A stretch of DNA of 64,000 nt from Stenotrophomonas sp. (GCA_049650985.1 JBASBF010000020.1:46711-110710), one strand, 5' to 3'; shown: positions 30,752 to 45,073, counted from the first letter of the stretch. Notes: generated from the sequence alone by a model not told the origin. Made by a program: numbers and translations.

Positions 30752-31378
30752 TCAGCCGGTGCTCCGGTGCCGGCGCATCCATTGCGCCAGTTCGTGGGAA
30801 GCAGGATCCGGCCGCTGTTCCAGCGCAGTGATCACGGCCTCCCGGTTGGCGTCGGGGTGGTTCTGGCTCAGTTTCAGCTTGACCTGGGCCTGCTCAACCC
30901 GGAAGCGGAAACCGACAATGCCGCGCAGTTGGCGACGCTGGTCGTCGCGCTCCGGCTCGAAGCGCCAGTGCTGGCCGACGCTGGCCTCGAAGCGGTCACT
31001 GAGCGCGGCGACCAGCGTCGCCAGTGCATCCTCGTCGTCGAACGGCTGCAAGTGGCCACGCAGCTCGGCGCTGGCGTAGTTCCAGGTCGGTACGCGTGCG
31101 GCTGCTTCCTTGTCCGGATACCAACTTGCGGACACGTAGCCATGCGGGCCATCGACCAGAACTTTCGCGATGCCGGCATGCCGGGCCTGCGGATTGGCCC
31201 GGGCCCAGTGCCCCTGCAGCTCGATGTGCTCGCCATCGCGCCGGTACAGCACCGGCAGGCGGGTCAGTTCCGGCAGGCCATCGGTGCCGGTGGTCAGCAG
31301 GGTGACGAACGGGTCGCGTGCCAGCAGGCGGTCCAGCCAGGCCAGGTCATGCTCGACGAAGGCGCGCGGGGTGAGCAT
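30752..31378 (-). CDS. paiB: FMN-binding negative transcriptional regulator (PaiB family)
   Basis: 208-aa ORF with PaiB-like pattern (GHWARANPQ, KLSQNHP). Confidence 0.75.
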   Translation of the reverse strand: MLTPRAFVEHDLAWLDRLLARDPFVTLLTTGTDGLPELTRLPVLYRRDGEHIELQGHWARANPQARHAGIAKVLVDGPHGYVSASWYPDKEAAARVPTWNYASAELRGHLQPFDDEDALATLVAALSDRFEASVGQHWRFEPERDDQRRQLRGIVGFRFRVEQAQVKLKLSQNHPDANREAVITALEQRPDPASHELAQWMRRHRSTG

Positions 31379-31384
31379 CGACCG

Positions 31385-31699
31385 TCAGGCGTGCCCGCCC
31401 AGCGACTGCACCATGCGCCCGCGCAATTCCGCGTCGTTGGTGGCGTGGGGTGGCTGCACTTCGTGCAGCGAGAAGCCGCGCATCAGTGCGTCCTCCTCGT
31501 CCAGGCCTGCGAAGGCGACGAACTCGGCATCGAACAATTGCGCGCGCGCCGTGTCCTCGCTGTCGTAGCTCAGGGTGTTGCCATCGCTGTCGAGTACCTC
31601 AGCCGTACCGGCCGGGCGCACGCGCAAACGGGCCCAGATCAGGGTGGTACCGAGGCTGGCCAGCCACCACTGGTCGGTGTGGGTATCGGAATCGTTCAT
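31385..31699 (-). CDS. hypothetical cytoplasmic protein (104 aa)
   Basis: ORF 31385..31981 trimmed to MNDSDTHTDQWWLASLGTT. Its ATG overlaps the stop of the upstream membrane-protein ORF (ATGA at 31696-31699). No family recognised. Confidence 0.5.
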   Translation of the reverse strand: MNDSDTHTDQWWLASLGTTLIWARLRVRPAGTAEVLDSDGNTLSYDSEDTARAQLFDAEFVAFAGLDEEDALMRGFSLHEVQPPHATNDAELRGRMVQSLGGHA

Positions 31700-32001
31700 T
31701 TGATTGCCTGCGAGAGAATCCACAGCAGCAGGGCCATGCCCAGCCCGCCGAGCATCACCAGCAGCGCGATGCGTGCCGGAGCGGCAAGACCGGTCAGCGA
31801 GCGGTCGGCGGCGGCCTTGAAACCACCGGTTACCAACCAGCGCAGGCTGCCGGGCTTGAGGAAGGCGCCTTCGCCGAATTCGTCGGCCAGCACCGGGTGG
31901 CGGTCGCGGACATGGATCAGCGTCAGTGGCCAGAAGATCATGAATGCGCTGAAGCCGGCGATGGCGACACCGATGAAGCACAAGGCGAAGAACAGCGTCA
32001 T
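31696..32001 (-). CDS. small membrane protein (101 aa, 2-3 TM)
   Basis: Hydrophobic N- and C-terminal segments (LFFALCFIGVAIAGFSAFMIFWPL; IALLVMLGGLGMALLLWIL). No family recognised. Confidence 0.5.
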   Translation of the reverse strand: MTLFFALCFIGVAIAGFSAFMIFWPLTLIHVRDRHPVLADEFGEGAFLKPGSLRWLVTGGFKAAADRSLTGLAAPARIALLVMLGGLGMALLLWILSQAIK

Positions 32002-32110
32002 GGCAGGGGTGAGTGAAGCGGAGTGGTGAGTGGGAAACAGCCAGGGCTGCTCACCGCTTCAGGGTTTGCCTTTCTCTCGCTTCTCACTTCTGGCTCCTCA
32101 CTTCTGCTCC
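32002..32110. repeat. MITE/REP-like element, GAGTGA-arm family variant (copy 4)
   Basis: ggtgagtgaagcggagtggtgagtggg ... tgcctttctctcgcttctcacttctggctcctcacttctgctcc. The right module is nearly identical to that of copy 5. It fills the whole intergenic gap up to the asnS stop. Confidence 0.65.
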
Positions 32111-33505
<1,395 letters not shown>

Positions 33506-33651
33506 GACTTGAACCCTCTGCTGACCGACTCGATCTGTGAGGCAGGATTCTAGCGGTTGCATGGCCGGGCAGGCGAGGTGTTTTCCGCCCGTTGGGCTTG
33601 TGACCGCCGGCATTTCCTATAATCGCCCCGCATCTCTTCAGTTGGAGTCGT

Positions 33652-33996
33652 TTGCTCATGGCCGTCCGCCTGACCCCCGTCGCCTTCACCCGTGTACAGC
33701 GTTTCATCGAACAGACGCCGGGTGCACTGGGCCTGCGTTTCGGCGTGGCCCGCACCGGTTGCTCCGGTTGGGGGCACGTCACCGACCTGGCGCGCGAACA
33801 GCGCGAGGGCGACACCGTGTTCGAGCAGGACGGCGTGCGCATCTACGTCGATGCCGGCAGCCTGCCGCTGGTGGATGGCACCGAAATCGACTTCGGCAAG
33901 CAGGGGCTGAGCGAGGCATTCACCTTCAGCAACCCGAACGCCTCGGCCGAGTGCGGGTGCGGCGAGAGCTTCACCACCGACGAAGCTCACCGCTGA
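33652..33996 (+). CDS. iron-sulfur cluster insertion/assembly protein (IscA/HesB/ErpA family)
   Basis: About 112-aa ORF with the HesB signature C...CGCGESF at the C-terminus. The start could be 33652 or 33658. Confidence 0.75.
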   Translation: MLMAVRLTPVAFTRVQRFIEQTPGALGLRFGVARTGCSGWGHVTDLAREQREGDTVFEQDGVRIYVDAGSLPLVDGTEIDFGKQGLSEAFTFSNPNASAECGCGESFTTDEAHR

Positions 33997-34164
33997 GCCC
34001 AAGGGCGCGCCCGGCGTTGCCGCAGCATGAGAACTTGCCTGAAACCAGTTTCAAGGGGATAATTGCCGGCTTCCTGCGCTCCGGCGCGGGAATCCTTGCC
34101 CCACCGCAATCCACGGCGGGGGGCTGTCCGGCCCGCACGGGCCACATCCGAAAGGTAGAAAAGC

Positions 34165-34599
34165 ATGAGTCGTCATTACGAAATCGTGTTCCTGGTCCAC
34201 CCCGACCAGAGCGAACAGGTCCCGGCCATGATCGAGCGCTACAAGGCGCTGGTCGAGAACGGCAACGGCACCATCCACCGTCTGGAAGACTGGGGCCGCC
34301 GCCAGTTGGCCTACCCGATCCAGAATCTGGTCAAGGCCCACTATGTTCTGATGAACATCGAAGCCGACCAGTCGGTGCTGAACGAGCTGACCGAAAGCTT
34401 CCGCTTCAACGACGCCGTGTTGCGCAACCTGGTCATGAAGCGTGACGAGGCCGACACCGAGCAGTCGCTGATCATGAAGAGCAAGGACGAGAAGGGCGAC
34501 AAGCCCGAGCGTGGCGAGCGCCGTCGTCGCGACGACGAAGAGGGTGCCACTTCCTCCACCAATGACGAAGCCGGCGAAGAAGCCGCTTCCGCCGAATAA
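34165..34599 (+). CDS. rpsF: 30S ribosomal protein S6
   Basis: [27 protein letters not shown]..., with an acidic C-terminal tail. Confidence 0.95.
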   Translation: MSRHYEIVFLVHPDQSEQVPAMIERYKALVENGNGTIHRLEDWGRRQLAYPIQNLVKAHYVLMNIEADQSVLNELTESFRFNDAVLRNLVMKRDEADTEQSLIMKSKDEKGDKPERGERRRRDDEEGATSSTNDEAGEEAASAE

Positions 34600-34610
34600 G
34601 GAGCACACCC

Positions 34611-34841
34611 ATGTCCAAGTTCTTCCGTCGCCGCAAGTTCTGCAAGTTCACCGCCGAAGGCGTGAAAGAGATCGACTACAAGGATCTCAACACCCTGCGC
34701 CAGTACCTGACCGAGAACGGCAAGATCGTGCCGAGCCGCGTCACCGGTACCAAGTCCAAGTACCAGCGCCAGTTGGCCACGGCGGTCAAGCGCGCCCGTT
34801 TCCTGGCGCTGATCCCGTACACGGACAACCACGACGTCTAA
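34611..34841 (+). CDS. rpsR: 30S ribosomal protein S18
   Basis: [46 protein letters not shown]. Confidence 0.95.
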   Translation: MSKFFRRRKFCKFTAEGVKEIDYKDLNTLRQYLTENGKIVPSRVTGTKSKYQRQLATAVKRARFLALIPYTDNHDV

Positions 34842-34935
34842 GAAACAGAAGTGAGTGGCGGCGCATGCGCCGCAGCAGTGAGGAACGAGAGGTGCTTTCT
34901 CTCGCTTCTCACTTCTCTTCACTCACTCCTCGCCT
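34842..34935. repeat. MITE/REP-like element, GAGTGA-arm family variant (copy 5)
   Basis: agaagtgagtggcggcgcatgcgccgc ... tgctttctctcgcttctcacttctcttcactcactcctcgc. It lies between rpsR and rplI. Confidence 0.65.
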
Positions 34936-35003
34936 TCCCCGTCCATTCGGACAGCAAGCGTTGCGGGGCCGAGTGTCTCGCTAACGAATAACGGAGCACC
35001 ACC

Positions 35004-35453
35004 ATGAAACTGATTCTCCTGCAGAAAGTGACCAACCTCGGCAACCTGGGCGACCTGGTTGACGTCAAGCCGGGCTATGGCCGCAACTTCCTCGTGCCGC
35101 AGGGCAAGGCCGTGCCGGCCACCGAGGCCAACGTTGCTTCCTTCGAAGCCAAGCGCGCCGAGTACGAAGCCAAAGCCCAGGCGACCCACGGCGAGGCCGA
35201 AGCCCGCGCCGCCAAGTTTGCCGACGCCAGCGTCACCATCGGTGCCCACGCTTCGGCCGAAGGCAAGCTGTACGGTTCGGTCGGCCCGCGCGATATTGCC
35301 GAGGCCTTCACCGCCGCCGGCCTGCCGCTGGAAAAGAGCGAAGTCATCCTCGGCGAAGGCGCGTTCCGTGCCGTCGGCGAGTACGACGTCGTCATCAAGC
35401 TGCACGCCGACGTGGAAGCCACCGTCAAGGTCATCGTCGAAGCCGACGCCTGA
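35004..35453 (+). CDS. rplI: 50S ribosomal protein L9
   Basis: [37 protein letters not shown]. Confidence 0.95.
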   Translation: MKLILLQKVTNLGNLGDLVDVKPGYGRNFLVPQGKAVPATEANVASFEAKRAEYEAKAQATHGEAEARAAKFADASVTIGAHASAEGKLYGSVGPRDIAEAFTAAGLPLEKSEVILGEGAFRAVGEYDVVIKLHADVEATVKVIVEADA

Positions 35454-35477
35454 TCATCGCGGAAACACGTTGCACCG

Positions 35478-35508
35478 GAACGGGCGCCGCAAGGCGCCCG
35501 TTCTTTTT
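35478..35508 (+). terminator. rho-independent terminator after rplI
   Basis: gaacgggcgcc-gcaa-ggcgcccgttc followed by ttttt. Confidence 0.8.
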
Positions 35509-35725
35509 CCGCTTCCGGTAAGCGGGTCGGGTTTACACCCCCAACGCACGGGATATGGAGGTGCCAATGTCGGGGATGTAACCGAGAATCTACGCCCTCA
35601 CCCCAACCCCTCGCCCCGCAGGAAGAGGGGCTTATACTCCCGGCGGGCTGTTTTTCCAAAGCTCTCACTCCCCGGAAAACCCACGGTGCCGCCCGACCGG
35701 CCCGGCACTGGAACCCTGCTGCCTC

Positions 35726-38700
35726 ATGCGCCTATCCACGATCAAACTTTCCGGTTTCAAGTCCTTCGTCGATCCCACGACCCTGCACCTGCCGACCAAC
35801 ATGACCGGCGTGGTCGGCCCCAACGGCTGCGGCAAGTCCAACATCATCGACGCGGTGCGCTGGGTGATGGGCGAGAGTTCGGCCAGCCGCCTGCGTGGCG
35901 ATTCGCTGACCGACGTGATCTTTTCCGGTTCGGCCGGGCGCAAACCGGTGTCGCAGGCCACGGTCGAGCTGATCTTCGACAACTCCGACCACACCATTGC
36001 CGGCGAGTACGCCTCGTTCAACGAAATCTCGGTCAAGCGCCTGGTCAGCCGCGACGGCAGCAGCAACTACTACCTCAACGGCACCAAGTGCCGGCGCCGC
36101 GACATCACCGACCTGTTCCTCGGCACCGGCCTCGGCCCGCGCAGCTACTCGATCATCGAGCAGGGCATGATCAGCCAGATCATCGAGGCCCGGCCCGAGG
36201 ACTTGCGGGTCTATCTGGAAGAAGCCGCCGGTATTTCCAAGTACAAGGAGCGGCGCAAGGAAACCGAGACCCGCATCCGCCATACCCGTGAGAACCTCGA
36301 CCGCCTCAATGACTTGCGCGAGGAAATCGGCAAGCAGCTCGAACACCTGCGCCGGCAGGCCAAGCAGGCCGAGCAGTACCAGACCCTGCAGGAAGAACGC
36401 CGGGTCAAGGACGCCGAGTGGAAGGCGCTGGAATACCGCAACCTGGATGGCCGTTTGGGCGGCCTGCGCGAAGCCCTGTCGCGCGAGGAAACCAAGCTCC
36501 AGCAACTGATCGCCGAGCAGCGCGATGCCGAGAGCCGCATCGAGACCGGCCGCCTGCGCCGCGAGGAGGCAGCCGAAACCCTGGCCCGCGCGCAGGCCGA
36601 CGTCTACCAGGTCGGCAGCACGTTGGCGCGGCTGGAACAGCAGATCCAGCACCAGCGCGAGATGGCGCAGCGCCTGCACAAGGCGCGCGACGAAACCCGG
36701 CAGGCGCTGGCCGAACTGGGCCAGCACATCGGCAGCGACGAGGCGCGGCTGGTGGTGCTGCGCGAGGCGGTGGCCGACGCCGAGCCGCAATTGGAGCAAT
36801 TGCAGGAAGAAAACGAATTCCGCCAGGAAGGCCTGCGCGAAGCCGAAACCGCGTTGCACGATTGGCAGCAGCGCTGGGAAACACATAACCGCAACGCTTC
36901 GGAGGCCACCCGCTCCGGTGAGGTGGAACGCACCCGCGTCGATTACCTCGACCGCCAGATACTGGAAGCCGACCGTCGCCGCGAAACGCTGACGACGGAA
37001 CGCGCCGGGCTGGATGTGGACGCGCTGGCCGAGGCATTCGAGCAATTGCAGTTGCAGCACGAGGCGCAGACCGCGGCGCTGGACGAACTCAACGAGCAGG
37101 TCGAGCAGCGCAAGGAAGCCGCCGCCGGCTTGCAGGAGCGGCAACGCGCCAGTCAGAGCGAACTGGCCGAAGTACGCAAGCAGGCGCAAGCCGCGCGCGG
37201 CCGGCTGTCGTCGCTGGAAACCTTGCAGCAGGCAGCGCTTGGCCAGGAGCAGGGCGCAGCGGTGGCATGGCTGAAGGCACGCGGGCTAGATTCGGCCGTG
37301 CGCGTGGGCGAGCGCATCAGCGTCGAAAGCGGCTGGGAAAACGCGGTGGAAAGCGCGCTCGGCCAGTTGATCGAGGGCGTGCTGGTTGATGCGCCGGAAA
37401 CTCTGGTCGATGCACTGGGCGAACTCGGCGAAGGCCGTATCGCGCTGGTGTCCGGCGCCGAGGGCGACGCCGATTTCGCGCCGACCTCGCTGGCTGCGCG
37501 GGTGCAGGGCCCGCTGGCCATCCGCCGCCTGCTGGCGCGCCTGCATGGTGCCGAGGATCTGCCCGCCGCGCGCGCACTACAACGTACGCTGGGCGAGAAC
37601 GATTCGGTCATCACCCGTGGCGGCGAGCGCCTTGGCGAAGGCTGGGTGCGGGTATCACGCTCGGGCGCGGCCAAGCAGGGCGCGCTGCTGCGCGAGCGCG
37701 AGATCGTCACCCTGCGCGAGCAGATCGAAAGCCTGCATGAGCGCGAAGGCGAACTGGAACGCCAGCTCGGCGGTTTCCGCGAACAACTGCTGGCCGCCGA
37801 ACAACAACGCGAGGAAGCACAGCGCACGCTGTACCTGGCCCATCGCGGCGTGTCGGAACTGGCCGGGCAGTTGCAAAGCCAGCGCGGCAAGCTGGAATCG
37901 GCACGCGCGCGCATCGACCGCATCGAAGGCGAGATGTCGCAGGTGCTGGAAACGCTGGACAACAGCCGCGAGCAAGCCGGCGAGGCGCGGGTGCGGCTGG
38001 AAGATGCCGTCTCCAGCATGGGCGACCTGGAAACCACCCGACAGGCATTGGAGGGCGAGCGCCGCCAGCTCACCGAGGCGCGCGACCTCGCCCGTGATGC
38101 CGCGCGCAACGTGCGCGACAGCATGCACGCGCTGGCGCTGACCCTGGAGTCGCAGCGCACCCAGCTCGCCTCACTGGCGCAATCGCTGGAGCGCATGAGC
38201 ACCCAGCGCGGGCAACTGGATTCACGGCTGGGCGAACTTCATACGCAACTCGACCAGGGCGACACCCCGGTGCACTCGCTGGAAGCCGAGCACCAGAACG
38301 CATTGGGCGAGCGCGTGCGCGTGGAGCGGGTACTGGGCGAAGCGCGCACGCAACTGGACGGCATCGACGCCGAGCTGCGCGGGCTGGAACAGACCCGCCA
38401 CCAGCGCGACGAACAGGCGCTGGCGCAGCGCGAGCGCATTTCCCAGCGCAAGCTCGACCAGCAGGCACTCGTCCTCAGCGCCGAACAGTTGCAGCAGGCG
38501 GTGGAGAAGGCCGGCTTCGTGCTGGAAGACGTGGTCAACACGCTGCCCGACGAGGCCCGCATCGGCGAGTGGGAACAGGCGGTGCAGCAGATCGACGCGC
38601 GCATGCGCCGGCTGGAGCCGGTCAACCTGGCCGCCATCCATGAATACGGCGAGGCCTCGCAGCGCTCGGAATACCTCGAATCGCAGCACGTGGACCTGAT

Positions 38701-39229
38701 CACCGCGCTGGAAACGCTGGAAGAAGCCATCCGCAAGATCGATCGCGAGACCCGCGGCCGCTTCAAGGACACCTTCGACCGCGTCAACGCCGGCGTGCAG
38801 GCGCTGTATCCGCGGCTGTTCGGCGGCGGCCACGCCTATCTGGAACTGACCGGCGAGGACCTGCTCGACACCGGCGTGACCATCATGGCGCGGCCGCCGG
38901 GCAAGCGCGTGTCCAGCATTTCGCTGCTGTCCGGCGGCGAGAAGGCGATGACCGCGGTGGCGCTGGTGTTCGCCATTTTCCAGCTCAACCCGGCGCCGTT
39001 CTGCCTGCTCGACGAGGTGGACGCACCGCTGGACGAGGCCAACGTCGGCCGCCTGGCCAACATGGTCAAGGAGATGAGCGAGAAGGTGCAGTTCCTGTTC
39101 GTCAGCCACAACAAGGCGACGATGGAGGCCGCCCACCAGCTCTCCGGCGTGACCATGCGCGAGCCGGGCGTCAGCCGCCTGGTCAGCGTGGACCTGGAAG
39201 AAGCCGCACGTTTGGCGGGCGCGGCGTGA
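35726..39229 (+). CDS. smc: chromosome segregation protein SMC
   Basis: 1167-aa ORF with Walker A GPNGCGKSN, long coiled coils, ABC signature LSGGEKA and Walker B CLLDEVDAPLD. Confidence 0.95.
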   Translation: MRLSTIKLSGFKSFVDPTTLHLPTNMTGVVGPNGCGKSNIIDAVRWVMGESSASRLRGDSLTDVIFSGSAGRKPVSQATVELIFDNSDHTIAGEYASFNEISVKRLVSRDGSSNYYLNGTKCRRRDITDLFLGTGLGPRSYSIIEQGMISQIIEARPEDLRVYLEEAAGISKYKERRKETETRIRHTRENLDRLNDLREEIGKQLEHLRRQAKQAEQYQTLQEERRVKDAEWKALEYRNLDGRLGGLREALSREETKLQQLIAEQRDAESRIETGRLRREEAAETLARAQADVYQVGSTLARLEQQIQHQREMAQRLHKARDETRQALAELGQHIGSDEARLVVLREAVADAEPQLEQLQEENEFRQEGLREAETALHDWQQRWETHNRNASEATRSGEVERTRVDYLDRQILEADRRRETLTTERAGLDVDALAEAFEQLQLQHEAQTAALDELNEQVEQRKEAAAGLQERQRASQSELAEVRKQAQAARGRLSSLETLQQAALGQEQGAAVAWLKARGLDSAVRVGERISVESGWENAVESALGQLIEGVLVDAPETLVDALGELGEGRIALVSGAEGDADFAPTSLAARVQGPLAIRRLLARLHGAEDLPAARALQRTLGENDSVITRGGERLGEGWVRVSRSGAAKQGALLREREIVTLREQIESLHEREGELERQLGGFREQLLAAEQQREEAQRTLYLAHRGVSELAGQLQSQRGKLESARARIDRIEGEMSQVLETLDNSREQAGEARVRLEDAVSSMGDLETTRQALEGERRQLTEARDLARDAARNVRDSMHALALTLESQRTQLASLAQSLERMSTQRGQLDSRLGELHTQLDQGDTPVHSLEAEHQNALGERVRVERVLGEARTQLDGIDAELRGLEQTRHQRDEQALAQRERISQRKLDQQALVLSAEQLQQAVEKAGFVLEDVVNTLPDEARIGEWEQAVQQIDARMRRLEPVNLAAIHEYGEASQRSEYLESQHVDLITALETLEEAIRKIDRETRGRFKDTFDRVNAGVQALYPRLFGGGHAYLELTGEDLLDTGVTIMARPPGKRVSSISLLSGGEKAMTAVALVFAIFQLNPAPFCLLDEVDAPLDEANVGRLANMVKEMSEKVQFLFVSHNKATMEAAHQLSGVTMREPGVSRLVSVDLEEAARLAGAA

Positions 39230-39277
39230 CGTGCCATTCTTTGCCGACCTGAACACGTTCACCGGAGACACCCCCGC

Positions 39278-40018
39278 ATGTCCGACATGGCTCTGTTGCG
39301 CATCGGCATCCTGGCTGCCGGGCTGCTGCTGATCGCAGCGATCTTCCTGTTCGGCCGGCCGAAGAAGCCGGCGCAGGGCAAGCGCCGCGAGCCTGTTGAA
39401 AGCGAGCGGACCCGCCGCGAACCGCTGTTCAACGGCGATGGTGGCGGCGCACCCGCCGAAGACGGAACCGATGCAGGTATTGCCGGAGACGTGACCCAGC
39501 CCGAATTGGGCCTGCCGGAAGTGGAGCCGTCCGAAGGCAGCGAGCTGGGCAAGCGCGCCAACCAGGATTTCGACAAGATCGTCTCGCTGTACGTGGCCGC
39601 GCGCAGTCAGCAGGTACTACGTGGCGAAGACATCGTGGTCGCCGCGGAGAAGACCGGGCTGGTGTTCGGCTACATGAACGTGTTCCACCGGCTGCTCGAA
39701 GGCCATCCCGAGCGCGGACCGGTGTTCAGCATGGCCAGCATCATGAAGCCGGGCAGCTTCGACATGGCCCACATCCGCGAGATGGAAACCCCGGCCATCG
39801 CCTTCTTCCTGACCCTGCCGGCGCCGCTGACCGCGCTCGACGCCTGGGAGAAGATGCTGCCCACCGTGCAGCGCATGGCCGAGCTGCTCGACGGCGTGGT
39901 GCTGGACGACAGCCGCAATGCGCTGGGCCGCCAGCGCATCGCCCATATCCGTGACGAACTGCGCGCCTATGACCGCCAGCACCAGGCGCCGCCGCTGAGC
40001 AAGCCGCCGCGCTGGTAG
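39278..40018 (+). CDS. zipA: cell division protein ZipA
   Basis: N-terminal TM segment (LRIGILAAGLLLIAAIFLF), a charged linker and a C-terminal ZipA FtsZ-binding domain. It sits in the conserved smc-zipA-ligA position. Confidence 0.85.
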   Translation: MSDMALLRIGILAAGLLLIAAIFLFGRPKKPAQGKRREPVESERTRREPLFNGDGGGAPAEDGTDAGIAGDVTQPELGLPEVEPSEGSELGKRANQDFDKIVSLYVAARSQQVLRGEDIVVAAEKTGLVFGYMNVFHRLLEGHPERGPVFSMASIMKPGSFDMAHIREMETPAIAFFLTLPAPLTALDAWEKMLPTVQRMAELLDGVVLDDSRNALGRQRIAHIRDELRAYDRQHQAPPLSKPPRW

Positions 40019-40053
40019 ATCCGTGGGGTGGGGCAATCCCGCCTTGGTGGCAG

Positions 40054-40209
40054 GTCGGGGCTACGGCCCCGACGGTTCGTTGCGGCAGATGTCATGCGTC
40101 GGGGGCATAGCCCCGACCTACGTTGGCGACGAGTCCTGTAGCAGCGCACCTTGGTGCGCGATGGGGCATTACCGGTAGAACCCCATCGTGCACCAAGGTG
40201 CGCTCCTAC
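40054..40209. repeat. cluster of GTAG-type REP hairpins (two singles plus an inverted pair)
   Basis: Singles are gtcggggc-tacg-gccccgac (40054-73) and gtcgggggcatagccccgac+ctac (40098-40121). The inverted pair is gtagcagcgcaccttggtgcgcgatgggg (40138-66) with ccccatcgtgcaccaaggtgcgctcctac (40181-40209). Confidence 0.8.
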
Positions 40210-40253
40210 GGCATGGATATGTTCCATGAGTGGATCACGCCGCACACGGTTAA

Positions 40254-43216
<2,963 letters not shown>

Positions 43217-43331
43217 AAAAACAGCAGGACATCTGTTTTTCACGGCGAAGCCGCCCGAAGGGTGGCGCACGGCTGGTTTTTGCTCCTGCAAAACCGGCAT
43301 TTCCGCCATCCATGACGGTCAGGTGCGCGCC

Positions 43332-44276
43332 ATGATCGAGGCCCTGCGCCAGCGCGCGCGGCTGAATGCGCTGATCCGCGACTTCTTCGCCCGCCGCGAC
43401 GTGCTGGAAGTGGAAACGCCGATCATGTCGGCCGCCGGCAACACCGAGCCGAACATCGACAGCTTCCAGACCCGTTTCAGCGGCCACGTCGATGCCGGCT
43501 CGCCAGTGCGCTGGCTGCGTACATCGCCCGAGTACCCGCTCAAACGCCTGCTCGCCGCCGGCGTCGGCGACTGCTACGAGCTGGGCCGGGTGTTCCGCAA
43601 CGGCGAGGCAGGCGGCCGCCACAACCCCGAGTTCACCATGCTGGAGTGGTACCGGGTCGGCTGGGACCACCATCGTCTGATCGGTGAAACCGTCGAGCTG
43701 GTGCGCGCGGCATTGGCGATGGCCGGGCGCGAGGCGTCAGTGCAGGTGCTGACCTACCGCGAACTGTTCATCGACAGCGTGGGCGTGGACCCGTTTGCCG
43801 CCGACGAAGCGCAACTGCGCGCGCCGTTGGCCGACGTCGGCATCGATCCAGCCGGCCTGACCCGCGACGATTGGCTGGACCTGCTGATGACCCACCGCAT
43901 CCAGCCGCACTTTCAGGGCGATCGCATCACCGTGATCCACGACTGGCCGGCCACGCAGGCGGCGCTGGCGAAGGTACGGCCGGGCGAACCGCCGCTGGCC
44001 GAGCGCTTCGAGCTGTACCTCGGCGCGGTGGAGCTGGCCAACGGCTACCACGAGCTGGACGATGCCGACGAACAGCGCCGGCGCTTCCAGCGCGACCTCG
44101 CCGTGCGCACTTCGCGCGGCGACGTGCTGCCGCCGCTGGACGAACCACTGCTGGCCGCATTGCCGGCATTGCCGCAGTGCGCCGGCGTGGCGCTGGGCGT
44201 GGACCGGTTGCTGATGGCGCTGGCCGGCACCGGCCGCATCGCCGACGTGCTGGCCTTCGACTTCGCCCGTGCCTGA
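43332..44276 (+). CDS. epmA: EF-P lysine aminoacylase EpmA (GenX/PoxA)
   Basis: ORF 43113..44276 trimmed to MIEALRQRARLNALIRDFFARRDVLEVETP. It has a truncated class II LysRS-like core (FRNGEAGGRHNPEFTMLEWY, ELANGYHEL, GVALGVDRL). The start could be slightly upstream (GTG 43323). Confidence 0.85.
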   Translation: MIEALRQRARLNALIRDFFARRDVLEVETPIMSAAGNTEPNIDSFQTRFSGHVDAGSPVRWLRTSPEYPLKRLLAAGVGDCYELGRVFRNGEAGGRHNPEFTMLEWYRVGWDHHRLIGETVELVRAALAMAGREASVQVLTYRELFIDSVGVDPFAADEAQLRAPLADVGIDPAGLTRDDWLDLLMTHRIQPHFQGDRITVIHDWPATQAALAKVRPGEPPLAERFELYLGAVELANGYHELDDADEQRRRFQRDLAVRTSRGDVLPPLDEPLLAALPALPQCAGVALGVDRLLMALAGTGRIADVLAFDFARA

Positions 44277-44392
44277 ACCGGCAGGCGGCCGCACCGGCTT
44301 GCCATGCCATCGGCATTGATGCTCTGATCGTTCCCGCAGGCGCGTCCATGCCGCCTGCGATGTTCGTCATGGTTGCCGGGGTGTGGCTTCGG

Positions 44393-45073
44393 ATGAAACG
44401 TGTTTGTGGCCTGCTGCTGTCGCTGGCGCCCGTGCTGACGTGGGCGCAACGCGAGACTCCCGACGCCGGGACGCAGGTGGTGCGCTGCGAATCCGACGGC
44501 GCCCTGGAACATTGCCCGATGGACGTCTCGCGCGGCGTGCAACTGGTCCGGCAGGTTTCCGAGGCGCCCTGCATCCGCGAAACCAACTGGGGCGCGGAGG
44601 ACGGCGGCGTCTGGGTCAGCCGCGGCTGCCGCGCGGAGTTCTCCGCTGCGGTGGTGTCCAGCGGGCGGCAGGTGCGGCGCGTCGTCCGCTGCGAGTCCAA
44701 GGGGCGCGTGGTCAATTGCCCGGTGCTGCTGCGCGGTGCGCCGGTGCGCCTGCTGCGCCAGCAATCGCTGCTGCCGTGCAGGGAAGGGCACACCTGGGGC
44801 TATGGCCGCAACGAGATCTGGGTGAGCCGTGGCTGCCAGGGGCAGTTCGAGGTCGGCGCCGAGGACGGCTCCGGCTTCGTGGACATCCCGCGCCAGGTCA
44901 CCTGCGGATCGAAGAGCGAAATGCGCCGGGAATGCGGGGTGACCATCGAACGCAGGGCCACCCTGGTCAAGCAATTGTCGAACGCCCCCTGCGAGGAAGG
45001 CCGCAGTTGGGGCTGGAGCCGCAACGGTATCTGGGTGGACAAGGGCTGCCGCGCCGAGTTTTCCGCCGACTGA
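44393..45073 (+). CDS. secreted DUF3011-repeat protein (three Cys-containing repeats)
   Basis: MKRVCGLLLSLAPVLTWAQ signal peptide, then three copies of the pattern RCES/CGS...C...V.L..Q.S..PC.E...WG.....WV..GC.A.F. Confidence 0.75.
   Translation: MKRVCGLLLSLAPVLTWAQRETPDAGTQVVRCESDGALEHCPMDVSRGVQLVRQVSEAPCIRETNWGAEDGGVWVSRGCRAEFSAAVVSSGRQVRRVVRCESKGRVVNCPVLLRGAPVRLLRQQSLLPCREGHTWGYGRNEIWVSRGCQGQFEVGAEDGSGFVDIPRQVTCGSKSEMRRECGVTIERRATLVKQLSNAPCEEGRSWGWSRNGIWVDKGCRAEFSAD

Noticed and set aside
34599-34611. Missing priB between rpsF and rpsR as an anomaly
   Set aside because: The 11-nt spacer leaves no room for a lost gene. As far as I recall, absence of priB in this operon is common outside enterobacteria-like lineages, so it was not flagged.
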